Positions 1 through 10,072 of a DNA stretch of 64,000 nucleotides are shown here, piece by piece. How positions within the stretch are numbered: the first letter of the stretch is position 1; every line of letters starts with the position of its first letter. The notes beneath the pieces were generated by a model. The model was not told where the DNA came from, ran no database searches, and saw nothing but the letters and a program-made list of their open reading frames with translations. Origin of the DNA: Alistipes sp. (GTDB lineage: Bacteria; Bacteroidota; Bacteroidia; Bacteroidales; Rikenellaceae); contig JAZQVY010000025.1 in assembly GCA_045632085.1 (NCBI GenBank), positions 1,541 to 65,540 of the forward strand, in the 5' to 3' direction. The position numbers were made by a program, and so were the translations under genes.

Positions 1-537
1 GTCCTCGTATGCTTTGTTAACCATCTCAAATGTTTTGTTGATGCGTTCTTGCATTTGGAATATGTTATTCCACTTAACATTAGAAATACAATTATCACAA
101 ACCCCATTAAAACCCAAAAGAATGACTTTTTGCAATCGTTTTCTAAACAATGGCTCTCCTCCATCTACCGCACTTCCATCTTTCACCATTTCGGCAGCAG
201 CTTTACTCGCTTGCTGCATATTCAGTTTATATATCTCAGAATCATCAAAGTTAAAAATTGGCGTATAAATACCATACTCCGCAGATTCTACAATATCACT
301 TAATGCGGCCGTTTCTCTTTTGAGTTTATTGTAAACTTCAAGGCCATCTAAGTATTGTTGTTCAAGAATCTGTCGCTTCTCATTTATATCTTTTGCATCA
401 ATAAAGTCAATTTGTTCTTGAAGATTCCTTACAATTTTATCCTTTTCCTCAATCTCTAATTTCAAGGCAGCCACTTGATTCCGCAATCGACTTATTTCTG
501 CGAACTCCTTCTCTTTTATAAAATCAAACAATCCCAT
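1..537 (-). CDS. DUF4041-like coiled-coil protein (often phage/mobile-element associated), runs off the left edge
   Basis: Manual translation from ATG at 537, open to position 1: MGLFDFIKEKE...EYGIYTPIFNFDDSEIYK...KVILLGFNGVCDNCISNVKWNN..RINKTFEMVNK. This matches the DUF4041 pattern G(L/I)YxPxxxFxxSExYK...FNGxCD. AT-rich; absent from the ORF track because it is truncated. Confidence 0.7.
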   Translation of the reverse strand, partial: MGLFDFIKEKEFAEISRLRNQVAALKLEIEEKDKIVRNLQEQIDFIDAKDINEKRQILEQQYLDGLEVYNKLKRETAALSDIVESAEYGIYTPIFNFDDSEIYKLNMQQASKAAAEMVKDGSAVDGGEPLFRKRLQKVILLGFNGVCDNCISNVKWNNIFQMQERINKTFEMVNKAYED

Positions 538-839
538 AGCGACCTTTCTCCGTTTAACTTAAATGGTTATTCAAATGTGATATAAAAATTCTTGGTATAA
601 TATTAGCTACTTACCAATACTCAATTTACCCGATTACAAATATACGCAATTTTTCAATGGGAAGCCACACCATAAAGCGGAAAATAAAGACTTGTTTTCG
701 TTAAAACTTTTCACAAACAAGAAGAAAATTATCTACACAAAACAGGCATAGTATCGATTCCGTAATAGTATGGCAGTTCTATTATTCACAAAATACACAT
801 AAAAGGGCCTTAAAACCTAATTTTGAATTACAATTTGCC

Positions 840-847
840 TATCTTTG
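840..847 (+). promoter_or_regulatory. Bacteroidota sigma70 -7 box (TATCTTTG)
   Basis: TAnnTTTG consensus ~28 nt upstream of the ATG at 876. Confidence 0.55.
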
Positions 848-875
848 CAGGGTGTTTAATTAAATTAAGGTAGAG

Positions 876-2729
876 ATGCTTCGCAAGATACTCTTTGTCG
901 TAGCCACATATATCACTTCGACGTTGCTGATGCTGGTGCAGAAGCCATTGTTCCTACTCTGGTATGCCGAGCGTGCCGAGGGGGCAACACCTGCCGACAT
1001 ATGGGGCGTAGTATGGCACGGCCTGCTGCTTGACTCCACAACGGCGGGTTACATAAGCGTGATTCCCTGGCTTTTGATGCTGCTCTCGGTGTGGGTGGCC
1101 ATCTCTGAGCGTGCTATGAGACGCATACTCAGCACATATTTCGTTGCAATCAGCCTTATCGTGTCGCTGCTTGTGGCTGTAGATATGGGACTCTTCGCAC
1201 ACTGGAATTTCCGACTCGACAGCACCCTGTTGCAATATCTGCGCACGCCTAAGGAGGCGGCAGCGAGTATGACGTGGGGCGATTTGGGACCTGCACTTCT
1301 GCTCTTTGCAGGATATGCAGCGCTGATGATTTACGCCCTGCGACCCGCCGCCAAGATATATCGCGCCGTGAAGCTGTCAATAACGACACGCATCTGGGGC
1401 ACACTGGCCCTGCTCCTCACGGGAGGCTTGCTGTTCCTTGCTATTCGTGGCGGCGTAGGCACCGCCCCCGCCAATGTGAGTAAGGTCTACTTCAGCGAGA
1501 ATATGTTCCTCAATCAGGCTGCCACGAACCCAATCTTCTCGTTCCTATCGTCAGCTTCACGCTCGGAACTCAAGGAGGGCGACCACAACTACTTTGGCGA
1601 GGAGGAGCGTGGCGAGATTATCGCCGAGCTATATCCTTCGGCTGCTACCACCGCATCGCTACTCAACACCCCACGACCCAACGTAGTGTTGGTGATTTTA
1701 GAGAGTTTCGGCCGCACCGTCACCGATGAGGTAATCGACGGCAAGCAGGTTACACCCCACCTCAACTCGTTCAAGCAGGAGGGCATATGGTTTGAGAACA
1801 TCATCGCCAACTCGTTCCGCACCGACCGAGGAACGGTGGCTATTATGAGTGGTTACCCCACCCACCCCACAGTCTCGATAATGAAGTATCCGCAGAAGGC
1901 CCAGTCGCTCGCATCGATTGCCGGCTCACTGCGCGATGTGGGCTACAAGACCACTTTTACATATGGTGGCGATGCCAACTTCACCAACACTATCTCCTAC
2001 CTCTATGGTACGGGAGTAGAGCGTATCACCGACCAGCGCAACCTGAAATTTGATGCCGAGCCAGCGAAGTGGGGATATGATGACCATCTGGTCTGCGACT
2101 ACTTTGCCAACGAGGTGCTGGAGCTGGCTGGTGGCAACGAACCCTTCTTTGCCACGCTGCTCACACTCAGTTCACACGAGCCTTTCGAGGTACCACACTC
2201 AGCCTTCGAGCACAAGATACTCAATGCCGCATCGTTCACCGACGAGTGCGTAGGCAAGATGATAGCGAAGTGGAAGGCCTCGCCCGAGTGGGATAATATG
2301 CTTGTGGTGATGATTGCCGACCACGGCCTTGCCTACCCCGACGAGTTGCAGGCGGGCGAACTGCCACGTCAGCGAATACCGATGCTATGGATTGGCGGCG
2401 CAGTAAAGGGACCTATGGTGGTAGAGGATTACGCCTCGCAGTGCGATATGGCAGCCACACTGCTCTCGCAGATGGATATTGACGTGAGCGAATTTGAATT
2501 CAGCCGCAACATCTTTGCTGCCGAGCAACCCCGATTTGGATTCTGGAGCTACAACAACGGCTTCGGACTAATCAGCAAGGATGGCTACATACGCCACAAC
2601 CTTACAAACGACACCACAACCGAATGCGAAGCCGCAACACAAATCTCGGCCGACTCGCTTCGCAGCGCATACGAGCGTCAGGGTAAAGCTATAGTACAAT
2701 CACTCCACAACGACTTAATCAGACGATAG
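876..2729 (+). CDS. LTA synthase family / sulfatase-like membrane protein
   Basis: Five N-terminal TM segments, PNVVLVILESF, catalytic Thr in SFRTDRG, TLSSHEPF, MIADHG. Confidence 0.85.
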   Translation: MLRKILFVVATYITSTLLMLVQKPLFLLWYAERAEGATPADIWGVVWHGLLLDSTTAGYISVIPWLLMLLSVWVAISERAMRRILSTYFVAISLIVSLLVAVDMGLFAHWNFRLDSTLLQYLRTPKEAAASMTWGDLGPALLLFAGYAALMIYALRPAAKIYRAVKLSITTRIWGTLALLLTGGLLFLAIRGGVGTAPANVSKVYFSENMFLNQAATNPIFSFLSSASRSELKEGDHNYFGEEERGEIIAELYPSAATTASLLNTPRPNVVLVILESFGRTVTDEVIDGKQVTPHLNSFKQEGIWFENIIANSFRTDRGTVAIMSGYPTHPTVSIMKYPQKAQSLASIAGSLRDVGYKTTFTYGGDANFTNTISYLYGTGVERITDQRNLKFDAEPAKWGYDDHLVCDYFANEVLELAGGNEPFFATLLTLSSHEPFEVPHSAFEHKILNAASFTDECVGKMIAKWKASPEWDNMLVVMIADHGLAYPDELQAGELPRQRIPMLWIGGAVKGPMVVEDYASQCDMAATLLSQMDIDVSEFEFSRNIFAAEQPRFGFWSYNNGFGLISKDGYIRHNLTNDTTTECEAATQISADSLRSAYERQGKAIVQSLHNDLIRR

Positions 2730-3905
2730 ATGAAACGACTGCTGACATATATCACGCTGCTCTTGTTTATGGTAGGCTGCGGAGGAGCAACCACCCAGTT
2801 CGATATCTCACATTTCGACAAGGTGCTCTATGCACCCACCCACGCCACAGGCTTCAAGATTCTGCATAGTGAGCAGACGGGTGCTACACTTATCACGGTG
2901 AGCGACCCCTGGCAGGGTGCCAGCAATGTGGAGCAAATGCTCATTATCGACCCCGAGGGTAACTTCTCAGCACTACCCTCAAATGTCAAGCGCATCGGCG
3001 GTGCTGCAAAACGAATTGTGTGTATGTCATCGAGCTACGTAGCTATGCTCTCGGCCATAGGCTGCCACGAGCAAGTGGTGGGGGTATCGGGTATCGACTT
3101 TATCTCCGATGAGTATGTCAACGCCAACCACTCGACGATTGGCGATGTGGGCTACGACAACAATATCAATTATGAGCTGCTCCTTGCGCTCAACCCCGAC
3201 TTGGTGCTGCTGTACGGCATCTCTGGGGCAAGCGGAATGGAGTCAAAGCTCGCCGAATTACAGATTCCATACATCTATCTTGGCGAGTATCTAGAATCAT
3301 CACCCCTCGGCAAAGCCGAATGGCTGATGGCTGTGGGATATATTGCCGGCCGCAGCGACCAAGCCCTGAGTCTGTTCAAGCAGATTGAAAACAACTACTC
3401 TTCGCTTGCCAAGCTCTCCGCCTCTGAGGAGCACAAGCCACGCGTGATGCTCAACACCCCATATCGCGATTCGTGGTTTATCCCATCGAAGCAGAGCTAT
3501 ATGGTACAACTCATCAGTGATGCCGGGGCTGAGTGCTACACCTCCGCCAACGAAGGTAACTCGTCGCACCCTATCGATACCGAGCAGGCCTATGTATGGG
3601 CTGCCGAGGCCGACTATTGGCTAAATGTCGGGCCATGCAACTCTCTCACAGAGCTCACACTCCAAAACCCCAAATTTGCCGATATAAAGAGCGTCACACA
3701 GCATCGTGTTTACAACAACAACGCCCGCCAGACGCCAAGTTCAGGCTCCGATTTCTGGGAATCAGGAGTGGTACGCCCCGATTTGATTCTGCGCGATATG
3801 ATAGCCATCTTCCACCCCGAACTGTTGGGCAACAAACCCTACCTGGTGAAAGATGGGGTCACACTCTCAGCTAACGAATTATACTACTATAAACAACTCA
3901 AGTAA
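2730..3905 (+). CDS. ABC transporter substrate-binding lipoprotein (BtuF/Fec type, cobalamin or iron complex)
   Basis: Lipobox MVGC, KRIVCMSSS, NYELLLALNPDLV, SPLGKAEW, DFWESGVVRPD. Confidence 0.85.
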   Translation: MKRLLTYITLLLFMVGCGGATTQFDISHFDKVLYAPTHATGFKILHSEQTGATLITVSDPWQGASNVEQMLIIDPEGNFSALPSNVKRIGGAAKRIVCMSSSYVAMLSAIGCHEQVVGVSGIDFISDEYVNANHSTIGDVGYDNNINYELLLALNPDLVLLYGISGASGMESKLAELQIPYIYLGEYLESSPLGKAEWLMAVGYIAGRSDQALSLFKQIENNYSSLAKLSASEEHKPRVMLNTPYRDSWFIPSKQSYMVQLISDAGAECYTSANEGNSSHPIDTEQAYVWAAEADYWLNVGPCNSLTELTLQNPKFADIKSVTQHRVYNNNARQTPSSGSDFWESGVVRPDLILRDMIAIFHPELLGNKPYLVKDGVTLSANELYYYKQLK

Positions 3906-3911
3906 CACTCT

Positions 3912-4916
3912 ATGCAGATTCGTCATAGCATACTCTTTGTTTCGCTCTCTGCGCTCTGCCTCATTCTCTTTGCGTGGGATATTATGGTGGGCTCAGTAGG
4001 CATCGCTTTTAGTGATGTATGGGCAGCCCTTGTGGGTGGAGATTGCGATCCCGTGAAGGCAAAAATCATTATTGACATACGTCTCATCAAGGCCCTGATG
4101 GCCATCTTTGCCGGTGCTGCACTATCGGTGAGCGGCCTGCAGATGCAAACCCTCTTCCGCAACCCATTGGCTGGCCCATATGTTTTGGGAGTTAGCTCGG
4201 GTGCAAGCCTGGGTGTGGCACTCTTTATCCTGGGTGCTCCACTGATGGGTATGGCTGGTGTGGGAGCCCTCTCGACATTGGGATTGGCTGGCGCAGCTTG
4301 GATTGGAGCAGCCGCTATCCTGGCCGCAGTGTCGGCCGTAAGCCGACGCATAAAGGATATTATGGTAATTCTGATTTTGGGTATGATGATTGGCTCAGCA
4401 GTGAGCGCCGTGGTGCAGATTCTGCAATATATGAGCAGCGAGGAGTCGCTCAAAAGCTTCGTTGTATGGACAATGGGGTCGCTGGGTGATGTAACCACCA
4501 GTCAGTTGTGGTTAGTTGCCCCTGCCATCATTTTGGGTCTGGCAATAGCCGTCGCACTTATTAAACCCATGAACCTGCTGATGCTGGGCGAGCCCTACGC
4601 TCGCACTATGGGGCTCAACATCACCCGCACGCGAGGCCTGATTCTGCTCTCTACGACACTACTTGCGGGCACTATCACCGCCTTCTGCGGCCCTATCGGT
4701 TTTATCGGATTGGCGATGCCGCACCTGAGTCGCATACTGCTACGTGATGCCGACCATCGCAAGCTGATGCCTGCGGCAGCACTCACCGGAGCTGTAGCGA
4801 TGTTGCTATGCGACATATTCTCGAAGATGCTCACCCTGCCAGTAAACACAATCACGGCCCTGCTCGGAATACCTATCGTAATTTGGGTTGTAGTAAGAAA
4901 TAAGAATATTGCATAG
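3912..4916 (+). CDS. FecCD/BtuC-family ABC permease
   Basis: MQTLFRNPLAGPYVLGVSSGA, GPIGFIGLAMPH, many TM helices. Confidence 0.9.
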   Translation: MQIRHSILFVSLSALCLILFAWDIMVGSVGIAFSDVWAALVGGDCDPVKAKIIIDIRLIKALMAIFAGAALSVSGLQMQTLFRNPLAGPYVLGVSSGASLGVALFILGAPLMGMAGVGALSTLGLAGAAWIGAAAILAAVSAVSRRIKDIMVILILGMMIGSAVSAVVQILQYMSSEESLKSFVVWTMGSLGDVTTSQLWLVAPAIILGLAIAVALIKPMNLLMLGEPYARTMGLNITRTRGLILLSTTLLAGTITAFCGPIGFIGLAMPHLSRILLRDADHRKLMPAAALTGAVAMLLCDIFSKMLTLPVNTITALLGIPIVIWVVVRNKNIA

Positions 4917-4919
4917 ACA

Positions 4920-5678
4920 ATGATACGCCTCGACAACATATCGCTCGGTTACACTAACCGCACACTTATAGACTCCCTATCGGCACACGTTGAGCAAGGA
5001 AAGCTCACGGCACTTGTGGGCCGCAACGGCACAGGCAAAAGCACACTGCTTCGCACCATTGCGGGCCTTGCTGAGCCTCTCAAGGGTGAGATAGAGCTTC
5101 AGGGGAAGAGACTCTTGACACTCTCTACGGCGGAACTTGCCACAACTATATCGTTTGTCACTACCGACAAGGTGCGTATCTCCAATCTGCGTTGTCGCGA
5201 TGTGGTGGCTTTGGGTCGTGCCCCATATACCAACTGGATTGGTCGCATGCAGGACGAGGACCGTGCCATTGTGGAGCAGTCGCTCGCTGCTGTGGATATG
5301 AGTAGCTATGCCGATAAAACGATGGACCGAATGTCTGACGGCGAGTGCCAGCGAATAATGATAGCCCGCGCCCTGGCCCAGCAGACGCCCATCATTCTTC
5401 TCGATGAGCCAACGGCATTTCTCGATATGCCCAACCGCTATGAACTTTGCGATTTGCTGCGAAACCTGGCACACAACGAGGGCAAATGCATACTCTTCTC
5501 GACCCACGAGTTGGATATAGCCATATCACTCTGTGACTCTATTGCCCTAATCGCTCCACCGCAACTACACCTGCTTCCAACCGAAGAGATGGTTGCCAGT
5601 GGTCACATAGAGCGCCTATTCGCAGGCAGCACAGTAAACTCGATGTTCGACATCAAAAACTATCTTCACAACCGATAA
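4920..5678 (+). CDS. ABC transporter ATP-binding protein (BtuD/FecE type)
   Basis: Walker A GRNGTGKST, signature MSDGE, Walker B ILLDEPT, H-loop STHE. Confidence 0.9.
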   Translation: MIRLDNISLGYTNRTLIDSLSAHVEQGKLTALVGRNGTGKSTLLRTIAGLAEPLKGEIELQGKRLLTLSTAELATTISFVTTDKVRISNLRCRDVVALGRAPYTNWIGRMQDEDRAIVEQSLAAVDMSSYADKTMDRMSDGECQRIMIARALAQQTPIILLDEPTAFLDMPNRYELCDLLRNLAHNEGKCILFSTHELDIAISLCDSIALIAPPQLHLLPTEEMVASGHIERLFAGSTVNSMFDIKNYLHNR

Positions 5679-5708
5679 TCGGGAACAATCCCTGGATAGC
5701 AAGCAAAG

Positions 5709-5744
5709 AGAAACCGCGTCAGACTTTCGTCTAACGCGGTTTCT
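5709..5744. terminator. Bidirectional terminator between the ABC ATPase gene and tRNA-Leu
   Basis: Inverted repeat AGAAACCGCGT...ACGCGGTTTCT. Confidence 0.75.
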
Positions 5745-5746
5745 TG

Positions 5747-5830
5747 TGCCCAGGACAAGACTCGAACTTGCACGAGCTAATGCTCACTACCCCCTCAAAG
5801 TAGCGTGTCTACCAATTTCACCACCTGGGC
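5747..5830 (-). tRNA. tRNA-Leu(GAG)
   Basis: Reverse complement GCCCAGGTGGTGAAATTGGTAGACACGCTACTTTGAGGGGGTAGTGAGCATTAGCTCGTGCAAGTTCGAGTCTTGTCCTGGGCA: acceptor stem, D loop, GAG anticodon, long variable arm, GTTCGA T-loop. Confidence 0.95.
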
Positions 5831-5988
5831 CTCTCCATCTGGCAATCGACTAATGCCTTCTTGCCGAAAAGGTGTGCAAATATAGGCACAATTTTCCAAT
5901 CTGCAAATTTTTTTGGCAGAAAATATTAAAAAATCACACTCTCTGCCATATTTTCAGCTTTTTTGAATCCTAAAAAGCCCGATATCCA

Positions 5989-7644
5989 CTACATAAACAC
6001 CATCAACACTACCTGCGCAATGACCACGCGAAGGAACATCGTGAGAGGATAAACCGTTGCGTAGGCCACCGAGGCGTGCTCGCCCACGACGATTTCGTTG
6101 GCATAGTTGAGTGCCATAGGGTTGGCCATAGAGCCGCACAACATACCGCACGTTGAGCCGAAATCGACCTTCGAGAGTCGCATAGCCAGCAGACCCACCA
6201 CAATAACGGGCACAACCGTAATCAAGAATCCCAAGCCTACCCACACAAGGCCCGTAGGGCTGATTGCCGTCTCGAAGAAGTCGCCACCCGCACTAAGGCC
6301 AAGGCAGGCCAGATAGAGCGACAGACCGAAACCGCGCAGCATAAGGTTGGCACTTCGTGTTGCATAGGTAATAAGGTGCAGACGTGGGCCGTATGTACCA
6401 ATCAAGATACCCACAATCACAGGGCCTCCCGCCAGACCCAGCTTCACCGGAACAGATATTCCAGGTAGAGCCAGCGGCACAGCACCCAAGATAAGACCCA
6501 GCACTATACCAATATATATTGATGTAAGGTTTGGCTCGTTGAGCTCCTTCTGCGCATTACCAAGCACCTTCTCGACCTTCAGCACGGCACGCTCGCCACC
6601 CACAACAACCACACAGTCGCCCATCTGCAACATCAAATCGGGCGTAGCCAGCAAGGCCACACCGCTTCGGTAGATGCGTGTGATGTTGATACCATAGCTA
6701 TTGCGCAGACGCAGTGCGCCCAATCGCTTGCCGTTGATTTCGGGACGAGTGATGATAATCTGTCGCGACACGAGCTGACTATCGAGCGCATTCCAATCGA
6801 CCTTATCGCTATTCCAGTCGATGCTCTCGCGCTGACCAATCATAGCCTCGATAGAGTCGATATCCTTGCGGGCTGTAACGACCAGCACTCTATCGCCCTC
6901 CATTAGGGTCGTTTCGTTTGATGGAAGTATCACCTTGCCATCACGCCACAAGCGCGAGATTACAAACGGCACATGGATAAGCTCGGCCACATTGTGCATA
7001 TCGCGACCAAACACGCCAGGGTTCTGCACTCTGAGGGTTGCCAGGAAAGTATTGCCTACGTGCTGCTCGTTGGGGGCAGCCATATCGCTCTTACGCACAA
7101 AGAACTTGTTCATAACGACAATAGCCAAAATCACACCCACCACTCCCAAAGGATAGGTCACAGCACAACTCAGCGCAGGAGCAGCTGTTGGCAGGCCCAA
7201 CTGAGCAAGTGTCTGCTGCGAGGCTCCCAAGGCTGGGGTGTTGGTCACAGCGCCACTCAGCACACCCATCATATCGGGCAGCGGCACACCAAAGCCGTAG
7301 CTCATAGCCACAGCCATAGCCGTACCCAGCAATATCACAGCCATACTCAGCATATTGAGTTTCACGCCGCCCGAACGGAACGAGCTCATAAAACCAGGGC
7401 CGACCTGCACGCCAAGCGAATAGACAAAGAGTATGAGTCCGAAGTTCTCGGCAAAGAGCAACATATTCTCGTCGATAGTCACGCCAAAATGGCCTGCAAT
7501 GATACCCGCAAAGAATACGAACGTGATACCGAGCGACACTCCCAGCACTCTCAGCTTGCCAAACATCAGGCCGACGGCGCATATCAGCGACACAATCACC
7601 ACAGCCTGCATTGCCGAGTGTTCAAGAAACAGTGATTCAAACAT
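5989..7644 (-). CDS. AspT/YidE/YbjL-family transporter with TrkA-C domains
   Basis: Duplicated membrane domains (SGAVTNTPALG; CGSMANPMAL) flanking two RCK_C-like domains. Confidence 0.85.
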   Translation of the reverse strand: MFESLFLEHSAMQAVVIVSLICAVGLMFGKLRVLGVSLGITFVFFAGIIAGHFGVTIDENMLLFAENFGLILFVYSLGVQVGPGFMSSFRSGGVKLNMLSMAVILLGTAMAVAMSYGFGVPLPDMMGVLSGAVTNTPALGASQQTLAQLGLPTAAPALSCAVTYPLGVVGVILAIVVMNKFFVRKSDMAAPNEQHVGNTFLATLRVQNPGVFGRDMHNVAELIHVPFVISRLWRDGKVILPSNETTLMEGDRVLVVTARKDIDSIEAMIGQRESIDWNSDKVDWNALDSQLVSRQIIITRPEINGKRLGALRLRNSYGINITRIYRSGVALLATPDLMLQMGDCVVVVGGERAVLKVEKVLGNAQKELNEPNLTSIYIGIVLGLILGAVPLALPGISVPVKLGLAGGPVIVGILIGTYGPRLHLITYATRSANLMLRGFGLSLYLACLGLSAGGDFFETAISPTGLVWVGLGFLITVVPVIVVGLLAMRLSKVDFGSTCGMLCGSMANPMALNYANEIVVGEHASVAYATVYPLTMFLRVVIAQVVLMVFM

Positions 7645-7740
7645 TTTCGTTATAAATTAGTGGGCCACACCCTATCTTAAAGACCTGCAGGTGTGGCACA
7701 CAGATACTTTATAAACTATATTTTGTTTTCGGTGATTACC

Positions 7741-9789
7741 CTACTTCAAATCCATTTCATTAAGCAGATAGCCAGCTCCACCGATACGGTCGATAACAAA
7801 CAATACATAGCGTATATCAACCGAGATATTGCGACAGATAGATGGGTCGAACTCGATATCGCTCATCGTCGAGCGCCAAGTGCGGTCGAAATTGATACCG
7901 ATAAGCTCACCACGTCCATTGATAACCGGAGAACCTGAGTTACCGCCCGAAGTATGGTTTGTTGCAATAAAGCAAACGGGTACGCTCTTCTTGCCGGCAA
8001 TCTCTACGCCCCAACGACCATAATCCTTCTTGGCGTAGATATCACGCAACGACTGAGGGATATTGTAGTCATAGATATTTGGATCGTCCTTAGCGATAAT
8101 ACCATCGATTGTAGTTACAGGAGTGTGGTACTCAGCATCGGCATAGTCATAGCCAGCCACCTTACCATAAGCCACTCGCAAAGTGAGGTTGGCATCGGGG
8201 TAGAACGCACGCTTAGTATCCCACTCACGCAAAGCCTGCATATATGGGCGGTACCACTTCTCAACAGCTGGCACATTGCTCAAGTTGCGATATGCATAGC
8301 GACTGTTGTTCTTGACAATGGGGTCAAACTGCATTGCAAACTTAACCATCACATCATCTTTGATCTGCTGCGCAGTCACAGCACCGCTGCTCAACAAGCA
8401 GGTATTATCATACAACCACTCAACAAATTGCTTTGCACCACCCTTCTGATCAACGGCCTGCGTCAAACCCTCGGGCAGACGCTCAGCTGGCATACGCTGC
8501 AAGAATTCATCAAGCATAGCCACAGCAATCTGCTCATCGATCGTGCGGTTATATGTCTTGCCAAATGCAGCAATCTGAGTGGCGATATTATTGTTGTCAA
8601 CATCAGACTTATTGGCGCTTGCGCCCATGCTGCGTGCAAAGTTGAAAATCGACACCGCACCCACCGACTCATTGTAGAGCTCGCGGACGAAATAGTCGGT
8701 AGTCACGCTCTTGTATGCCGCCTTCATTGAGTCGAGCAGCGAAGCATACTCTGGCTTCGACTTGGCCCATGCGGCAAAATCACGCTCATAAGCCTGTTTC
8801 TTGGCAACTGTACCCAGGCGGTGCAAGCCCAACACCTCACCCTGCCACTTCTTCCAGCCATTAGCGATAGAGGCGTGAACAGCGGCATAGGCGATACGCA
8901 CCTCGGCACTCTTGGCCTGCTCGGCAGAGATGATATCCAAACGCTTTGTGCGCAGAGCTATCTTCATTGGATCCGACACCTCGGCCACATACTCCACAGC
9001 ATCTGAAGTCACATACTCCTGAGTATTACCAGGGAAGCCATAAATCATTGTAAAGTCACCCTCCTTCACACCCTTTGTCGAAACGGCAAAGTGGCGGGCA
9101 GGGCGATATGGTTTGTTAGACTTTGAGTACTTTGCTGGGCGATTGTTCTCATCGGCATAGACGCGGAAGATTGAGAAGTCACCAGTGTGGCGTGGCCAAA
9201 TCCAGTTATCGGTGTCGCCGCCAAACTTACCAATTGATGAAGGTGGTGCTCCCACCAGACGAACATCGGTGAATACCTCGTAAACAAACAGGAACTGCTG
9301 GTTGCCATAGTACATCTGCTCGATGCGAGCCGAGTAGCCACCCTCCGATGCCTTTACGATGATATCCTTAGCCGACTCACCCTTGGCCATACGCTCGGTA
9401 ACATCTTCCATACGCACCAAACGGCTTACTGTAAGACCTGGAACGGGAAGCTCCTCCTCGCGCGACATAGCCCAGAAACCATCTGTGAGGTAGTCGTGCT
9501 CAACTGAAGAGAGCTTCTGGATAGAGCCGTAGCCGCAGTGATGGTTGGTAAGAAGCAGACCCTCAGACGAGAGGTACTCGCCAGTACATCCGCCACCAAA
9601 CAACACAACAGCATCCTTGAGCGAAGCCTTGTTGATTGAGTAGATATCCTCTGCAGAGAGCTTGAAACCCTTCTGACGCATATCCTTGATGCGCGAGCCA
9701 ATCAAGCTCGGAAGCCACATACCCTCGTCGGCACTCACGCTCGTAAGCGACATACAGAGCATCAACGAGATAAAAATTTTCTTAATCAT
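7741..9789 (-). CDS. S46 dipeptidyl peptidase, DPP11-like (Asp/Glu preference predicted)
   Basis: ADEGMWLP, TNHHC, GGDTDNW, GGNSGSPV. FDR rather than FDG at the S1-determining position is the DPP11 type. Confidence 0.85.
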   Translation of the reverse strand: MIKKIFISLMLCMSLTSVSADEGMWLPSLIGSRIKDMRQKGFKLSAEDIYSINKASLKDAVVLFGGGCTGEYLSSEGLLLTNHHCGYGSIQKLSSVEHDYLTDGFWAMSREEELPVPGLTVSRLVRMEDVTERMAKGESAKDIIVKASEGGYSARIEQMYYGNQQFLFVYEVFTDVRLVGAPPSSIGKFGGDTDNWIWPRHTGDFSIFRVYADENNRPAKYSKSNKPYRPARHFAVSTKGVKEGDFTMIYGFPGNTQEYVTSDAVEYVAEVSDPMKIALRTKRLDIISAEQAKSAEVRIAYAAVHASIANGWKKWQGEVLGLHRLGTVAKKQAYERDFAAWAKSKPEYASLLDSMKAAYKSVTTDYFVRELYNESVGAVSIFNFARSMGASANKSDVDNNNIATQIAAFGKTYNRTIDEQIAVAMLDEFLQRMPAERLPEGLTQAVDQKGGAKQFVEWLYDNTCLLSSGAVTAQQIKDDVMVKFAMQFDPIVKNNSRYAYRNLSNVPAVEKWYRPYMQALREWDTKRAFYPDANLTLRVAYGKVAGYDYADAEYHTPVTTIDGIIAKDDPNIYDYNIPQSLRDIYAKKDYGRWGVEIAGKKSVPVCFIATNHTSGGNSGSPVINGRGELIGINFDRTWRSTMSDIEFDPSICRNISVDIRYVLFVIDRIGGAGYLLNEMDLK

Positions 9790-10072
9790 AATTATCTATT
9801 TTACGTTATTTGTCTAATTCACAATACAAATATAACCAAAATTACGAGAATCCTCAGCCACAGCGGGGGCTAATTTATCGCGAAGCTCTTTTTTATTTTC
9901 GCCGCGCCTCTAAAAATTGGCATAAATGCCTACAATCCAATACGATATCAACCTATCAGGGGGGGGGTAATGCGACAGCAGAAAATATCCAACGAAAAAT
10001 TTGATAATTACACAAAACTTTGATAAGTTTGCATTGAAACTGCAAAGTACTGCCTTTAAAAACCCTTACAAA

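Noticed and set aside
14-303. Two short plus-strand ORFs at the left edge
   Set aside because: They are antisense to the better-supported DUF4041-like frame on the minus strand.
5747-5830. tRNA-Leu as an integration site
   Set aside because: No integrase nearby and no duplicated tRNA 3' end seen in the window.
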